Shown here one piece after another: positions 24,936 through 36,785 of a stretch of 64,000 nt of DNA (its first letter is position 1; the number at the start of each line of letters is the position of its first letter). The notes below the pieces were generated by a model, which saw nothing but the letters and a program-made list of their open reading frames with translations, did no database searches and was not told where the DNA came from. The DNA comes from Dudresnaya verticillata. Taxonomy: Eukaryota. The stretch spans positions 1,116,001 through 1,180,000 of the forward strand of contig OZ374565.1 in NCBI GenBank assembly GCA_977862235.1, given 5' to 3'. A program made the position numbers and the translations under genes.

Positions 24936-26024
24936 ATGGACCCGGCGGAGACGGAGTCGCTGCCGCCCCGGCCGACGTGGCGGGACGCACCTCGCGGCCC
25001 AACCATCAAGTCGCTGTCTACGTCGCACGCCGTGTGGCTAAGCGCTGCCGTCGTGTTCGTCACGCTTTTCGTTTCACCGCTGCGTGCATTGACGTTATCG
25101 TTCGTGCTGCTACTGCCGCTGGCCGTTCTCTACGTCCTTCTTGCCCGCCACGTGCACAAACCGGCTCAACAGGAAAAGCTGCGCAGTCGCTTGCTCCAAG
25201 CCTTTCTCTTCGCCGCGCCGCTGCAGATGCTGGTACAGTCGATTGCGACGGGCATTATCTTCGTGGCACTATTGTACATCAACGGCCTTACGGACGTGTT
25301 TGCAGATGCTGATTCCGACCCGGCCGTCGTGCAGGCTCGGTCGGAGCAGTTGAAGAACCGCATGAAAGAGTTTCTCAAGACCAACGCCGGGCAGGCGGAG
25401 ATGTTGGGTACGACGGTTGTCATCCCCGCTGTGGCAGAGGCCCTAATACTGCGGTTGCTGACCACAGGGCACATCGCAATGCAAACAGATCGCAATGCAG
25501 AGGGCACGGTTGTCGTCTATGAGCCGTCGGTGCGTAACGTAATAAGCTTCTGTCTGGCCGGAGCCGTCGGGTTGGGCATGGGTCATATAATGTTACAAGC
25601 TGCGTGGCTAGCGTTTGTTGGTCAGATTGTGGGGTCGAAGGCTGCGGGTGCAACGGGGAAGGAAATGGGGAGGGGTGGGTATACTGGCACACTCGTGGTC
25701 GGGTGCGCCAGGTTTGTCGCGTTGCTTGTGGAGCAGGCAGTGCTGGCCGTGAGCGTGGCTGAGCGCGACGTGGTTTGGGGGAAGGGAGGTGTGGCCGCGG
25801 CGTTTGGAATGGTATTCGTTGCCCATACCGGGCTTGGGCTGGTCGAGGCAGAGGGTGGCACCAACGGTACACAGTGGCCGGCATGGGTGGCGTGGGGCGT
25901 CGCGCCGTTGGTTTACGTGGGCATAGTCACTGCGTTGGCAAGGTGGGCTTGGGATAGATACCGAAGGGCATGCGCGGTGGAGGACTGCCGGCGACGTTTG
26001 AGAGAGTCTGGAGGAGGGCTGTAG
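24936..26024 (+). CDS. Multi-pass membrane protein, PrsW-like (degenerate), paralog B
   Basis: 362 aa; colinear tandem paralog of A (shared GCARFVALLxEQAVLAVSVAERD, QWPAWVAWGV). Confidence 0.8.
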   Translation: MDPAETESLPPRPTWRDAPRGPTIKSLSTSHAVWLSAAVVFVTLFVSPLRALTLSFVLLLPLAVLYVLLARHVHKPAQQEKLRSRLLQAFLFAAPLQMLVQSIATGIIFVALLYINGLTDVFADADSDPAVVQARSEQLKNRMKEFLKTNAGQAEMLGTTVVIPAVAEALILRLLTTGHIAMQTDRNAEGTVVVYEPSVRNVISFCLAGAVGLGMGHIMLQAAWLAFVGQIVGSKAAGATGKEMGRGGYTGTLVVGCARFVALLVEQAVLAVSVAERDVVWGKGGVAAAFGMVFVAHTGLGLVEAEGGTNGTQWPAWVAWGVAPLVYVGIVTALARWAWDRYRRACAVEDCRRRLRESGGGL

Positions 26025-27680
26025 ACTGGACAAGGGCAGCGGCGTTTGTAATGGGTGAAATCTGTGAGTTTGCATTATCGTCGCTTGCGGTAATGCGAGA
26101 CGCACCCGAACTCGAGCTTGTCTTCGCAAGCCGGACGGCTTCTTCTGCGACTAGGTGACTGTACGGTTTCACGCTCTTGCAATGACGCGGCGTGGCCGCA
26201 CCCAAGTGCAGGCGCACCCAAGTGCAGGCACGGCAAGGTTGTAGAAGGATCCCTCGCAGGGTATTCCTGAAGAGCCAGGCCGTCGAAAAGCACGGTAGAG
26301 GAAACGTGCTCGCGCATGACCAGTGCAGAAGGTATCCGTTGTTCTAGCGACGCTTTGCAAGGCGACCTGCAACAGTCGGCACGATCCGCGCCGATGTCGC
26401 CAAAGGCTGACGTCTACTCGAGCTGCAAGAAGACAGATATAGCGTATCGCGGCGAGGCACGGCCTGTGTGTATGCTCATTCACTCGGAAGCAACGCTCGC
26501 GGGCGTGGGCAGAGCTCCGCACCTGGGATGAGGCGGCGACAAACCTATCGCAGTCTCGGCGGGGGACTGATGCTGAGGAAATGTGTGGTCAGTGTATGGT
26601 CAGGCGAGAACGCTGTGAGCGGAGCAGGTAGGAACGAGATCTCCACTTCAACCTGTTCCTACCACGCCACCGGCGCGCCACGAGGAACGATGATCGGCGC
26701 TGTCAGAAACTGTAAGAAAAGCACCGAGTTTGTGTCATAATTCGTTGACGCGCGGCAGCAGCACATGCGGGGAGCGAACTTCAGTAAGTCCCGTGGGTTT
26801 CTGCGGAGGGATGCGGTAGGGAAGAGCTGGATACACGTGACAAGGCGGCCAGAGTCTGTTGTGCGTGCCAGGAAGAGGGCGAGGCAACCACGCTGTCTCG
26901 GCGTCGCAACGAGGCGACGAACCTGTGCTGTACGGCGCGATGGTGGAGAACCGTCAGCTCTAGACGGAAGAGGGCGCGCAACTTCGGTAGTTGAGACGAT
27001 GACATGCGTGTGCACATGCTGCGAAAGATTCGCGTGGAACAAGTCAGTACCTAGACTGTCCAGAGCGCCCTTCCCCAAGTCAGCAAAGCTGACGAGGACA
27101 CATCCAAACAAACAATACAACTTAAAGTCACCACATCCTTGATGGAATGTAGCTTCTCTCTCCCGAAAACACTAACCTCCCTCCCCTCTCACGCAGGAGG
27201 TCAATTCCCTACCACGTTACCATGTGGCCCTGGCCAGTGATGACAACTGCGCTCAACTCGTTGGCAGTGTCTCGCTGTGTGTGGCTGTGCTAAAACGGAA
27301 TATTCGTCGCGATTCTCAATGCACCGATCATCACGCTAATGGTGACTCGGATCCTAATGGTACTCACAAGTCCGATCGTCTTCTTGTGCCGCCACGCTGG
27401 CAAAACTTTCATGCTATCCAACATGAATAAACAGCTGAGGTTGACGCTCAGCAATGCAGCCTGGACGAAATACGTTGTGAATATTCAGCTGTGGGACACT
27501 CCCACCCCGCAGTGCCAAGAGTTGATGGGCGGGAGAAGAGTGGGCGATGTCTTGTTAGAGGCTCTAGCGATGGCCTTGCTGGCTATCGTTTAATTAACAC
27601 CCATCAAGATCCCGAAGAGATGGGCCTGGTTGCCACCCTTGCAGAGAAGAAGTTCGTGCAACAGAATTTTGCATTATTGA

Positions 27681-29464
27681 TGTATCGGTCTTGGTTTGTC
27701 TGGTAGGAAGCAAAGCACAATCGCGTCTCTTGGTTTCGGGGATAGCGCAGCTTTGCCAACGCAGCACGAATTTATCTACACGACGATGCTTGGCATGGTC
27801 TCTTTCTTCGTATTGTGGGCACGGTAAAGGATAGTCAGCATGAGCGTGACTGAGCTTGTAGCTTTACGTACTTGGGGCCCCAGGTGGGGCTCAAACAGCC
27901 GCAGCTCAGGCTGTTGGGCTCTTTCTCGTCAAGTATCGCAGGCTAGATTCGGCACTCGAGCATATCGAATCTGCTCGGTTGATTCTGTTGCGGCATGGTA
28001 TTGAGCATGTCAATTATTGTCGACGTCGTCACCATATTGAGTTGAATCGTTGATAGGTCCCAGCACGATTTCTTACCGCAAGAAGACAACCGCCGTATGT
28101 ACGGGTAGGGAGCACTGCAGTAGCAAAGTGTACTGTCGTTCATGGTACACACACTATGGGTACGCCCAACATGTGGTGTGCCGGATGAGAGTGGGAAAGA
28201 CTGATTCCACAGCACTCTTAACATAGCTACTCTACTGCAGCGATAGCGGTATCTAGACCCCACGCTCACGCATCTACAAACATGGGCAGACCTCGTGGTA
28301 AACTTAGCATCTTCATTTGGCGGGCCGCCTCGTTACAAATCTTCTGCCAGATCCCCCTCAATCTTGAGTCATGAGTCAAGATAAGATCAAGATTCTTGAC
28401 ACAGTGCCGAGCGGCTCTCGACTTGCTTGTCGCGACTGACGGCATGCCTCCTGTGCTTTCTCCCACGGGTTATTGTGTGCTCTTGTGAGGTCGTAATATC
28501 GAAAGATCGGAGCCCCTTCCCACTCCGAACTGAACTCACTGCTAACTTTTGCGAAACTCAACAGTGCAACTCGCTGCCAAACCGCCGCTGCTCCTTTCGC
28601 GTTGTTGTGCTTTGTCAGAGAGAACAGCGCGAAGGACTGTAATAATGACTGTAAGTATTTCAACCGATCAATGGCACCAGCAATGCACCACGTCGAAGCA
28701 ATTGCAGGGCGCATTGGCCGGGCCAAGACCTTGTATGGAACCATCCAATGAACGCCGCAAAGCGGGAGATTCAGACCGATTCAAGCTCTCCGACGGACAT
28801 CTGTGAGCTTTCGTGATACCCTTTAGATGGTACCTCTCTCCAAAGGATGTCGCAATCTCCGCCACTAATACATCGTTCTCTGACCCGAAGTGAAACTGGT
28901 AGCACTCCCCCGTTCTGGGCCTAGCTCCAGCTGGTGATATTGTCGAAATGTCGTACATTGGTTCTTTGTTTCAATTGTGGGCTTTCCTGATGCCCTTAAA
29001 GCTCTTTCTGCACTCTTCTCCACTGCACATCTACCTGATTGACAACACTACTACTCGAAACACCCCTGGTCTCAATCGCACTCCAGTACACCCTCTGAGG
29101 ATTCCAGCTGAAGTGAGTTTTTAAAGCTCTTCTCGGGGTGTCTCGCGCGATCGGTCTGTGCTGTTAAAGGATGCCAGCAGAAGTGGTTCAGAGGTATTTT
29201 TCTACTGATAAAAACGGTTTATCAAAACCATTAGTCCGGTATCTGGAGGGATCAAGGGATTCCCCAGTGACCTGCCTTCACGTGCTACCAGTTTGCTCTT
29301 TCCTATCGTTCTGTTGGGAATGGCTTGTTCCAAGTTAAAATCTGGAGCTTTGTTGTTGATGCACTTATATTCAGGTTTGAGATTAAACTTTACCAGATGA
29401 TTTAAAGTTAGCCTGCATCGACAACGATGATGTACCTATGAGTCATCACACTATATTCCAAATG
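27681..29464. repeat. Diverged repeat 'X', inverted partner of 3909-6238 (lacks the LINE insert)
   Basis: Reverse-complement similarity along its length. Confidence 0.9.
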
Positions 29465-29557
29465 CGTTAATCAGGGACCAGGAGTTCTGAAGCCGGTGCG
29501 AAAAGAGAGTGGGCGTATACCGGGAAACCCTACCCCTACCCGTGGGGTGCTTTGGAT

Positions 29558-32500
29558 TCACGTGTGCCCCCAGCATTGATTGAAATTCGGAGCACAGTTT
29601 CCAGTGCAGCTAGAGAAAGTCCAACAGGCCCGCCAATGGTATTTCCGAGAGGATGAACAGTCTCTAAAGATTCGTCGTGAAGTGAAAGTAGTCCCGAGCT
29701 TTTCCGTGTGCCTTTTGTGCCTGCCAGAGAAAAGCCTCCAGAAGTTTCGAAATGAGCTTCGCTCGTTTTCTCTGCGTTGCACCTCTGGGACTTCTTCAAA
29801 CAACTGCACATCCTCCTTGACTTTCTTTCCAGAAGCCACGACTTCGTGAAATATATCGGCTTCCCCAGATATCTCCGCAATCCCGTCGAGATTCGGAGAT
29901 TCGGGATTGTCTGATGCAGCTTCAATAAAGCCAGATCCATGCTCCAGGTCCGCCGGCAACTTTAGCAGGGCATGAGTTTCCTGCTCTCCCTGAATACCTT
30001 CCTCCATCTGTTCTTCGAGTCGAGCATTCTCTGGGGTTGAATAGTCTGCAAGCTTATCATCGCTATGCTTACTTGTTTCAACAACACGTACAGAATTGCT
30101 GACAAGGACAGTTTGTGAGAGCTCTTCAGACGCCTCCCTCATTTCTTCAAAGGATGTAACGGACTGTTTTTGAGAGTTCTGGTTCTCTGTCTGCCGTTGT
30201 GGGATCTGACTTATCTCCTCTTCCCCACGGTATTCTTTATGAGATGAAGTTATATTCACCGAATCCCCTTCTTCCGGAACGTGAGACGAATCAGGAGCAT
30301 CGCCGACAAAAAATGACCCACGAACAGTCACATGGATGGTGTTGGAAAGTTCAAGCTCTTCGGATGATATGGGAAGCGCATGATGGATCCCCGTTTCAAT
30401 CTCTGGGCGAGTAATAGATCCGTGGATTCCGCCGAATGTTTGCTTCCAGTATATCGTATTGTAACCTCCTGTTGCTGCTTCATCATGGGACAAACCGTCT
30501 GTCTGTCCTTCTGATCCGCGGGCCGAACTTGACGTGCCACTGCTAGTTTGAAGTTGTTCTAGCTCTTCAGAAGAAGATGGTACATCGTCCTCGTCACATG
30601 ATGCTCCCTCTTCACTGGTACTATCATTAGATTCAGTTCCTTCGAATTCCCTAAGGAGATCGAATAACATACCCTCGAATCCATCAGATCCCGAAATTGA
30701 CTTATTGCTGCCTTTCTCTCCATTGAAAATTTTGTCTTCAGTTGGAGACAGAGGTTCTCCGTAGGAGTCATGGCAGTTGGATGACTCGTTATCAGATTCG
30801 GTGCTGAAGGAAGTTTTAGACCGACCTGTCCCATTGTAGAATCCCTCGGTGTCATGTGCCTGGGACGAAGATGCAACTCCTGATTGCCTAACGCCGGGGT
30901 GCTCGTCATCAGAGTCTGTGGCTTGGACCGGCTCATCATTAAATGCCATTCTATCCATCCCTTTGAATCCCAACCCGAAGTCTGAACCGTCAATGCTCTT
31001 GAGCGCGACTGCATGTTCAGAATTGCTTGGAAGCATGTCGTTGGATGTTTTGACGCAGCCCCCTACCTTAATTTCGTGTTCACCACGTTCTATGTCTCGT
31101 TCCAGCTCTGGAGTGGCATGTGCTGCAGTGGGAGTAGTTGTTGGCTTGCGGTAAATGGAATCAGAGCGCTCAGAAGAGCGATCCAAGGTAATCTTTGAAG
31201 TTTTGCTCGAGTTTCGCGTACTGAGTTGACGCTGACAGTGAGATATGTTTGCGTGTGTGGTGCTTTGAACTCTTCTGCCAGGTATGCGAGGATACGGTAG
31301 ACGCTTGTTCTGTAGAGGACGATTACCGTATTGTTCTTGCATTATGTCGAGGCTTTCTCCTACTGAGCACCCAGAAGAGCTATCCGGAGTAGTACCTGAT
31401 TCCACGTTCACCTTTCGTGTGCTGTCACCTCCGAGAGGACGAATCTCATCTAGATCAGACAACTCGTTTGATTTCTCCTTCGCAGCCTCACCACGGATTT
31501 CGAATCTGACTTCCATACCTGAAGACATGGTTTCAGTATTGGTTCGACATACTGGAGGCCTGAAATTATCAGTTTCGAATGCCTCCTTTGAGTACTCTCG
31601 CGATGTAGAAGCCACCGTGTCCTTGCAATCCACAGTTCCCTGAGCTTCTGGACGATATCCACGTCCCGGGTCATCATTGAGTTGGGAGCTGCATGGAGCT
31701 ACTTGAATCTGGAAGCGCTCTATGCTCTCACCAAATTCGTACGCGGAATAAAGTCGTTTCTCCGTAGTCTCATACGCTCCGTACCCGTTCTCCCCAGCAT
31801 AGCTTATCGGATCATAAAAAGAAGGTGGATGCAAGGGGCTTAAACCCATGACACTTTCATGAGGGACAGAGTGAAGTTCCTTCTCCTTCTCCTCATACAA
31901 ACCATGTCCAGTCTGACCCGCAAGATGTATCAGAGTGCTGCTACTTCGATATCTGGGTTCATAGAAAGAAGGTGGGTGCAATGGGCTTAAATCGATGCCA
32001 GGCGTAGACATTTTGCGTGCGGAGAGGAGGGAAGACGAGACAGGAGATAAATCTCCAAGCTGAGTTTCAACTTCAGATCCAGCTAGAGGCTGATCTCGCA
32101 TTCCAGTGAGATGACAATAATTGTTCGGATTGTTTTGCTGTGTTGTGACCAGCTCAACATATCGATCTGCTTCAGAGGAATTGCCAAAGTGCTGTGACCC
32201 AAGCAAAACCCGGCTACTGTTCAAGCCAGACTGTTCTTTTTGCTGGGGAATAGTACGAGAGGTGTCACTATCCTGGCTGCCAAGATTTAGGTTGTTGACA
32301 GGGGGCGGCACTTGAACTTCCGAGGTCTGCGGCAAAGAAGACTCCTGTGAATTTGCTACCCCTGGTGCTTCTGCAAAAGGGAATAATGCCAGTTCCATAG
32401 ATTTGTCTTCGTGAACTTGGCATAGAACAGAATCCTGACCACTGCGATTAGGACGGTCTTCTTCAGTAATGTGATGGTCTTGGTCTTCCCTCAGAGTGGC

Positions 32501-32935
32501 TTGGCGCGGGTATGGTGTTGTGGCAGGGTTGAGCTCACCGTCTTCTGTGGCCATCTGGAACGACCCGTAACCAGTTCTAATGGAATTTGGGGCGTCTATT
32601 TCGCTGGATGGCCCTGGTTCAGAAACCGCATTGTCGGCATTGATGATCTCTGATCCGTACTCCACAGAATCCTGACCAGCAAGAATAGGAGGGTCTTCTT
32701 CAACAACGTGGTGGTCTTGGTCTTCCCTCAGAGTGACTTGGCACGGGTATGGTGCTGTGGCAGTGTTGGTCTCACCGTCTTCCGTGGCCATCTGGAACGA
32801 CCCGTAACCAGTTCTACCCGGAGTCGGAGCGTCGATTTCGCTGGATGTGCCTGGTTCAGAAGCCGCATGGCCGGCATTGGTGATCTCGGATCCGGGCGGC
32901 ACTGGCCGATCTCCTACATCCAGCGGGGTAGGCAT
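29558..32935 (-). CDS. Large acidic, Ser-rich low-complexity hypothetical protein
   Basis: Uninterrupted ORF of over 1100 aa (first ATG at 32935); internal 79-aa duplication and a repeated LSPLHPPSFY. Confidence 0.75.
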   Translation of the reverse strand: MPTPLDVGDRPVPPGSEITNAGHAASEPGTSSEIDAPTPGRTGYGSFQMATEDGETNTATAPYPCQVTLREDQDHHVVEEDPPILAGQDSVEYGSEIINADNAVSEPGPSSEIDAPNSIRTGYGSFQMATEDGELNPATTPYPRQATLREDQDHHITEEDRPNRSGQDSVLCQVHEDKSMELALFPFAEAPGVANSQESSLPQTSEVQVPPPVNNLNLGSQDSDTSRTIPQQKEQSGLNSSRVLLGSQHFGNSSEADRYVELVTTQQNNPNNYCHLTGMRDQPLAGSEVETQLGDLSPVSSSLLSARKMSTPGIDLSPLHPPSFYEPRYRSSSTLIHLAGQTGHGLYEEKEKELHSVPHESVMGLSPLHPPSFYDPISYAGENGYGAYETTEKRLYSAYEFGESIERFQIQVAPCSSQLNDDPGRGYRPEAQGTVDCKDTVASTSREYSKEAFETDNFRPPVCRTNTETMSSGMEVRFEIRGEAAKEKSNELSDLDEIRPLGGDSTRKVNVESGTTPDSSSGCSVGESLDIMQEQYGNRPLQNKRLPYPRIPGRRVQSTTHANISHCQRQLSTRNSSKTSKITLDRSSERSDSIYRKPTTTPTAAHATPELERDIERGEHEIKVGGCVKTSNDMLPSNSEHAVALKSIDGSDFGLGFKGMDRMAFNDEPVQATDSDDEHPGVRQSGVASSSQAHDTEGFYNGTGRSKTSFSTESDNESSNCHDSYGEPLSPTEDKIFNGEKGSNKSISGSDGFEGMLFDLLREFEGTESNDSTSEEGASCDEDDVPSSSEELEQLQTSSGTSSSARGSEGQTDGLSHDEAATGGYNTIYWKQTFGGIHGSITRPEIETGIHHALPISSEELELSNTIHVTVRGSFFVGDAPDSSHVPEEGDSVNITSSHKEYRGEEEISQIPQRQTENQNSQKQSVTSFEEMREASEELSQTVLVSNSVRVVETSKHSDDKLADYSTPENARLEEQMEEGIQGEQETHALLKLPADLEHGSGFIEAASDNPESPNLDGIAEISGEADIFHEVVASGKKVKEDVQLFEEVPEVQRRENERSSFRNFWRLFSGRHKRHTEKLGTTFTSRRIFRDCSSSRKYHWRACWTFSSCTGNCAPNFNQCWGHT
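32420..32893. repeat. Intragenic tandem duplication, about 237 bp x2
   Basis: GSEI...RTGYGSFQMATEDGE...LREDQDHH...GQDSV occurs twice. Confidence 0.9.
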
Positions 32936-33753
32936 GCCCGTCTGCGCCAGTTGAAAAGAATCAGACTTCCGGGAGACGAAGGCTGTTTTTCTGGCGCCCA
33001 CAATCGAAGAAATAACGTAACCGTGTAACCGTATCTCCAATGGTCTGCAGAAAGCTTGTAGTTGCCTTAGCTCAGAAAGCACTGGATGAAGGCTCGTAAA
33101 GTGGGGAGCAGGTCAGCCTTAGCAACAACTAGGCTTTGGATTGGAAAGCGGAGGAATGGACGGAGACTGAGTGCCTGTCGCGCTCGGATGGAGGCCTATT
33201 GATGAGCAGGTCCTTTCGAAAGCTCCGGTTGTGTCGAAAGCATAGCTCCCGACGATGTCTTTTCGTTCCAACTCGAACAATTCCTAAACGGAAACACGAA
33301 GTGGACAGCGCTGTAGATATCCCCAGAAGGGCCCTAAACTGTCGAAAGAGTACTGCTTACGGCACCTGCCTTCCGCTCTGCGTTTTGTCGCCACAGGAGA
33401 TTTTTGTATCATCATGTAATTGGTCTGTACGCATTACATAACAGTACGTTAACGCAATGCCCGCTAAATTGAGGGCAATCGAAGGTACATTGACATGAGC
33501 CCTGCGTGAGTGCAGCAAGTTTCGATTATGGGCAACTGGGTGGGACACATTGACACAGGAAAAGAATTCCTTGTGAACCAGATTGGCTGTGCACCAGTAG
33601 GTGAAGAAAAAGTCTGCTTGCTGTGTGAGAATACAGATCAGCCACACCAGCAGCTCTCAACCTACAATTTTCCCATCTGCCAAGCCAAACCATCTTCCCT
33701 CCCATCCTGTAGCTCACGACGCCAAGCACTCAAGAACGCACCAGACCGCATCA

Positions 33754-34250
33754 ATGCCGCTGTTGCATTTGCCACACAAGCGGCTTTCTTCCCTGGCAAT
33801 GCCGTCCGTGCTGCCGGTCAAGCAGGGCTCCACATCCACCACATTCATGGACCCGCCGCGCTACAGAACCGTCCGGATGCTGCTCATGCTGGCCCTGTCC
33901 ACCTTGACTGTGTTTTCCTTCATCCTTTTCTGCGCATAGCACAAACTGCTTTCTCTGCTGCTGCCGCATAGTACCCGCCAAAAGTCTTCCCCGCGGCCTC
34001 ACAGTTGTGCAGCTCGCGTTCGACGTCCCAGAAGACCAGCCCGACCATGCCATGATCAAGCACAACTGGGCCGTTGTATCGCGCTCGCCAGGGAACCACC
34101 TCCTCCTCGTCTTCACTGACGATCTTGGCAAGGCTTACTTTCGCAAGTGTCAATGACTCTACACTCCGATACATCTCCCATGTCATTGAGAACACCAAGC
34201 GCATCTATCACCACAACCACCCGCTCTGCCAACCCCCTCTCTTGTAGCTT
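33754..34250 (+). pseudogene. Decayed type II membrane protein gene, possibly glycosyltransferase-like
   Basis: TM anchor RMLLMLALSTLTVFSFILFC followed by stops and a frameshift, then LTILARLTF...YISHVIENTKRIYHHNH. Confidence 0.3.
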
Positions 34251-34269
34251 TAGTACATCCTACAGGAGC

Positions 34270-34349
34270 ACCCCCATAGTGTGCCTGCATTTGGGCCCTA
34301 GTCGCCCGCTTAGGACCACCCTAAACAGAAAAATGAAAAGAATACATCA
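34270..34349 (+). mobile_element. Short 3'-terminal LINE remnant related to 4107-4815
   Basis: gtgcctgcatttgggccctagtcgcccgcttaggaccaccctaaacagaaaaatgaaaagaatacatca aligns with ~4750-4817. Confidence 0.7.
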
Positions 34350-35192
34350 TAATCTGATTTGTTTCCGTCATCCTCTCTGCTCATTTTCCCGCTCTTCACT
34401 GTGCCCACACATCCTCCTCTTTTCAAAGGCTCAGTTATGTTTTGAGTGCATTTTCCTTGGCATCAACGGTCTATTGGCAAATATAGTACGTATCTAGGCC
34501 TGGCGTTGGGTGCATGCAGAGTATCGATGGGGTGGAGCTGTGCACAATAGAGCAGCAGTAGGTGTAGAGGGGCTCTAAGCTGACATTGATAGGGAGCAGT
34601 GAACACTCTTTTCTTATTGAATCTGGCTATTCCTGAGTACATTTGTTCTCTCTCTGGCATTGAATAAAGTGTTCTCTCCCATACAGTGTCTTCGCAGCTC
34701 ACAGCAGCCATGCCTGTTTGGGCATTTGAGAGGTCAACAAAACTTTACGCCTCAGTCTGAGAGGATGGAAGCGACGTTGCTTTGTATTGCGTTACTGCTG
34801 CAAAGTACCTTTTGGATCCCCATTTAATGGGGGGAATCTTCACTATACTAAAAAGCATTATCAGCAGAGGACTCAATAGCGACGTCCACCGATGGTACCA
34901 ATCAAATCATCTTATTTTACATCTTGTAATGTTCTGCCCAACGCTCGGGCCCTTCAAGAAAAGCAATTATAAAGGAACTGTTCTCTAATGCGCACGACAT
35001 ATCAACATACTCGACCTGCATGGTCATTCACGGATGCAATTGTCATGCAAGCGAGAAATCCATTCATCAGTATATTGGGCTTCGATATTTGTTGGTTATT
35101 CCATTCCGTACTGCTGTAACTCCAAGACCACGTTTCAACCTGGCTGATGGTATTTTCTTTTCTTGCGAACTTGAGGACCGGCGCTACAGAGA

Positions 35193-36785
35193 TTAACTTC
35201 TGTTGTTTGGTCTCCTTTGATCCCGTGGTTTTCGAGTGTCGTACGCATTGGCGTTGTCACCTTCTTGTTTGCGGTTGCTTCTGGACCTTCTTTCCGTAAG
35301 GTTTGAAAGCTTCCTGCGAAATCTAATTAGAGCATACCTTACACCATTACCAGAAGGTCGAGAATGACCTGGTCCACGGATATCAGTTGGTGGCATTGCG
35401 AAACGCACTCCCTTCGAAGCAGTGCCTTTCTGCGGAGAGATGGGATTGCGGAAACCCTGAGCTCTGGTAACCATCGGCTGTACAGAGCCCCCGTAATCAA
35501 CATCGTCATCCACATCAACCACCCTATCAATAGCAGCAGCAATAGCTGCTGGGCTACGGTAGGGAAGAACCGGCGTAATTTCTTCCTCCTCTTCCTCGAA
35601 GGTTGAATCTACTGTTTTGAATACCCCCGAAGAAAGACTGACCCTGCTTGCGTTGTTGAGGGAGTGGTATGAGTTCTCGGGGCTATATTTTCCCTGGGCC
35701 ACCCCTTCGACCGAGGAATGATTGGGTTCTGACATGCGCAGCGATTCGTCACCTGTGATGATAATCTCTTCCACGCCATCAATTTCAGCAGACTGCGGAT
35801 CTTCAAGCCGACTTATGTCCAATAACTCATCCGAGGTTGTCTCAGACCTGATGCTTAACTCCACTTGGCAAGTTGGGAGTACATGCACACCTTGAAGCAA
35901 CATGTTCGAGGAGGAATTCTGGTTCGGCGGTATGGGGGAGTCAGGTCGAACGATGACTCTAGAACGCTTGATCCCAGTATCACTCTGCTGCAGAAACGGT
36001 CGATTAAATTCTTGTTCGAGAACTCTCCTCGTGTGAGGCGCCATCCGAGTTTCGATAGGAAAGATTTCAGCACACGGCTTATCCACTTTGCTGTGATGTT
36101 TCCCATTGTTTTCAGTGTTCAAAATTGAGGTACAATTGCCCTGAACTAGCGATGCGGATGAGGCCACTCCTTCGGTGCTAGAAAATTGAAAAGGCGCAGC
36201 ATGAGCGTGTACTGCAATGGGGCGAAAAAGTCTGGCCGTCGTTACGGTTGGATGAGCTTCTGACGTTGAGAGAAGGCGGGGCTCAGTATCTGGGACTGTA
36301 CCAGATATGCTCTTCTTGTCGTTCAGATCCTCCTCTGCAAGTGACTCCTGAGTTGCGGATTGGAAGTCGAAAAGACTCTGCGCCTGCTCCTGGTCACTTT
36401 CGGAACTTTCGAGTTGTTTCGCGGAGGATTTTTCTCTGCAAGTATCCTCCGGTTGTGGAGACTCGTTCATCTGGGCACAACGTCCATCTGAGACTCGGTG
36501 TGGCGTAGAAGTGGCGTCGATATGTTCATCAACTTCGGACCCAATGTCGCATCGAATAGGCGAAACTTGACGCGTCGGTATGTTTGCTGGCGGGCGCGGA
36601 GTGACGAGCACCGGCGATTGTGCAGAACTAAGGCTCTCAGAAGAAGAGCAACTTCGTCTTAGAGAATCCCTGCGGTTCGAGTAGAGGGTAATATGGATCT
36701 CTGCTATGACTTCCCGACGTGGCGCGTCTTGGCGATGGGCTTGGGGATTGCGGTTCGCGGACCCGGTTTCTTTGTCTGGCGCCAT
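35193..36785 (-). CDS. Low-complexity hypothetical protein
   Basis: About 530-aa open frame from ATG 36785; Ser/Glu-rich with a basic C-terminus. Confidence 0.7.
   Translation of the reverse strand: MAPDKETGSANRNPQAHRQDAPRREVIAEIHITLYSNRRDSLRRSCSSSESLSSAQSPVLVTPRPPANIPTRQVSPIRCDIGSEVDEHIDATSTPHRVSDGRCAQMNESPQPEDTCREKSSAKQLESSESDQEQAQSLFDFQSATQESLAEEDLNDKKSISGTVPDTEPRLLSTSEAHPTVTTARLFRPIAVHAHAAPFQFSSTEGVASSASLVQGNCTSILNTENNGKHHSKVDKPCAEIFPIETRMAPHTRRVLEQEFNRPFLQQSDTGIKRSRVIVRPDSPIPPNQNSSSNMLLQGVHVLPTCQVELSIRSETTSDELLDISRLEDPQSAEIDGVEEIIITGDESLRMSEPNHSSVEGVAQGKYSPENSYHSLNNASRVSLSSGVFKTVDSTFEEEEEEITPVLPYRSPAAIAAAIDRVVDVDDDVDYGGSVQPMVTRAQGFRNPISPQKGTASKGVRFAMPPTDIRGPGHSRPSGNGVRYALIRFRRKLSNLTERRSRSNRKQEGDNANAYDTRKPRDQRRPNNRS

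Noticed and set aside
26075..27142. Gene in the overlapping short ORFs after paralog B
   Set aside because: No consistent frame or recognisable motif; possibly a relic, but unsupported.
27500..27680. RNase III-like fragment (VGDVLLEALAMALL)
   Set aside because: A single short resemblance in a broken frame, with no second signature motif.
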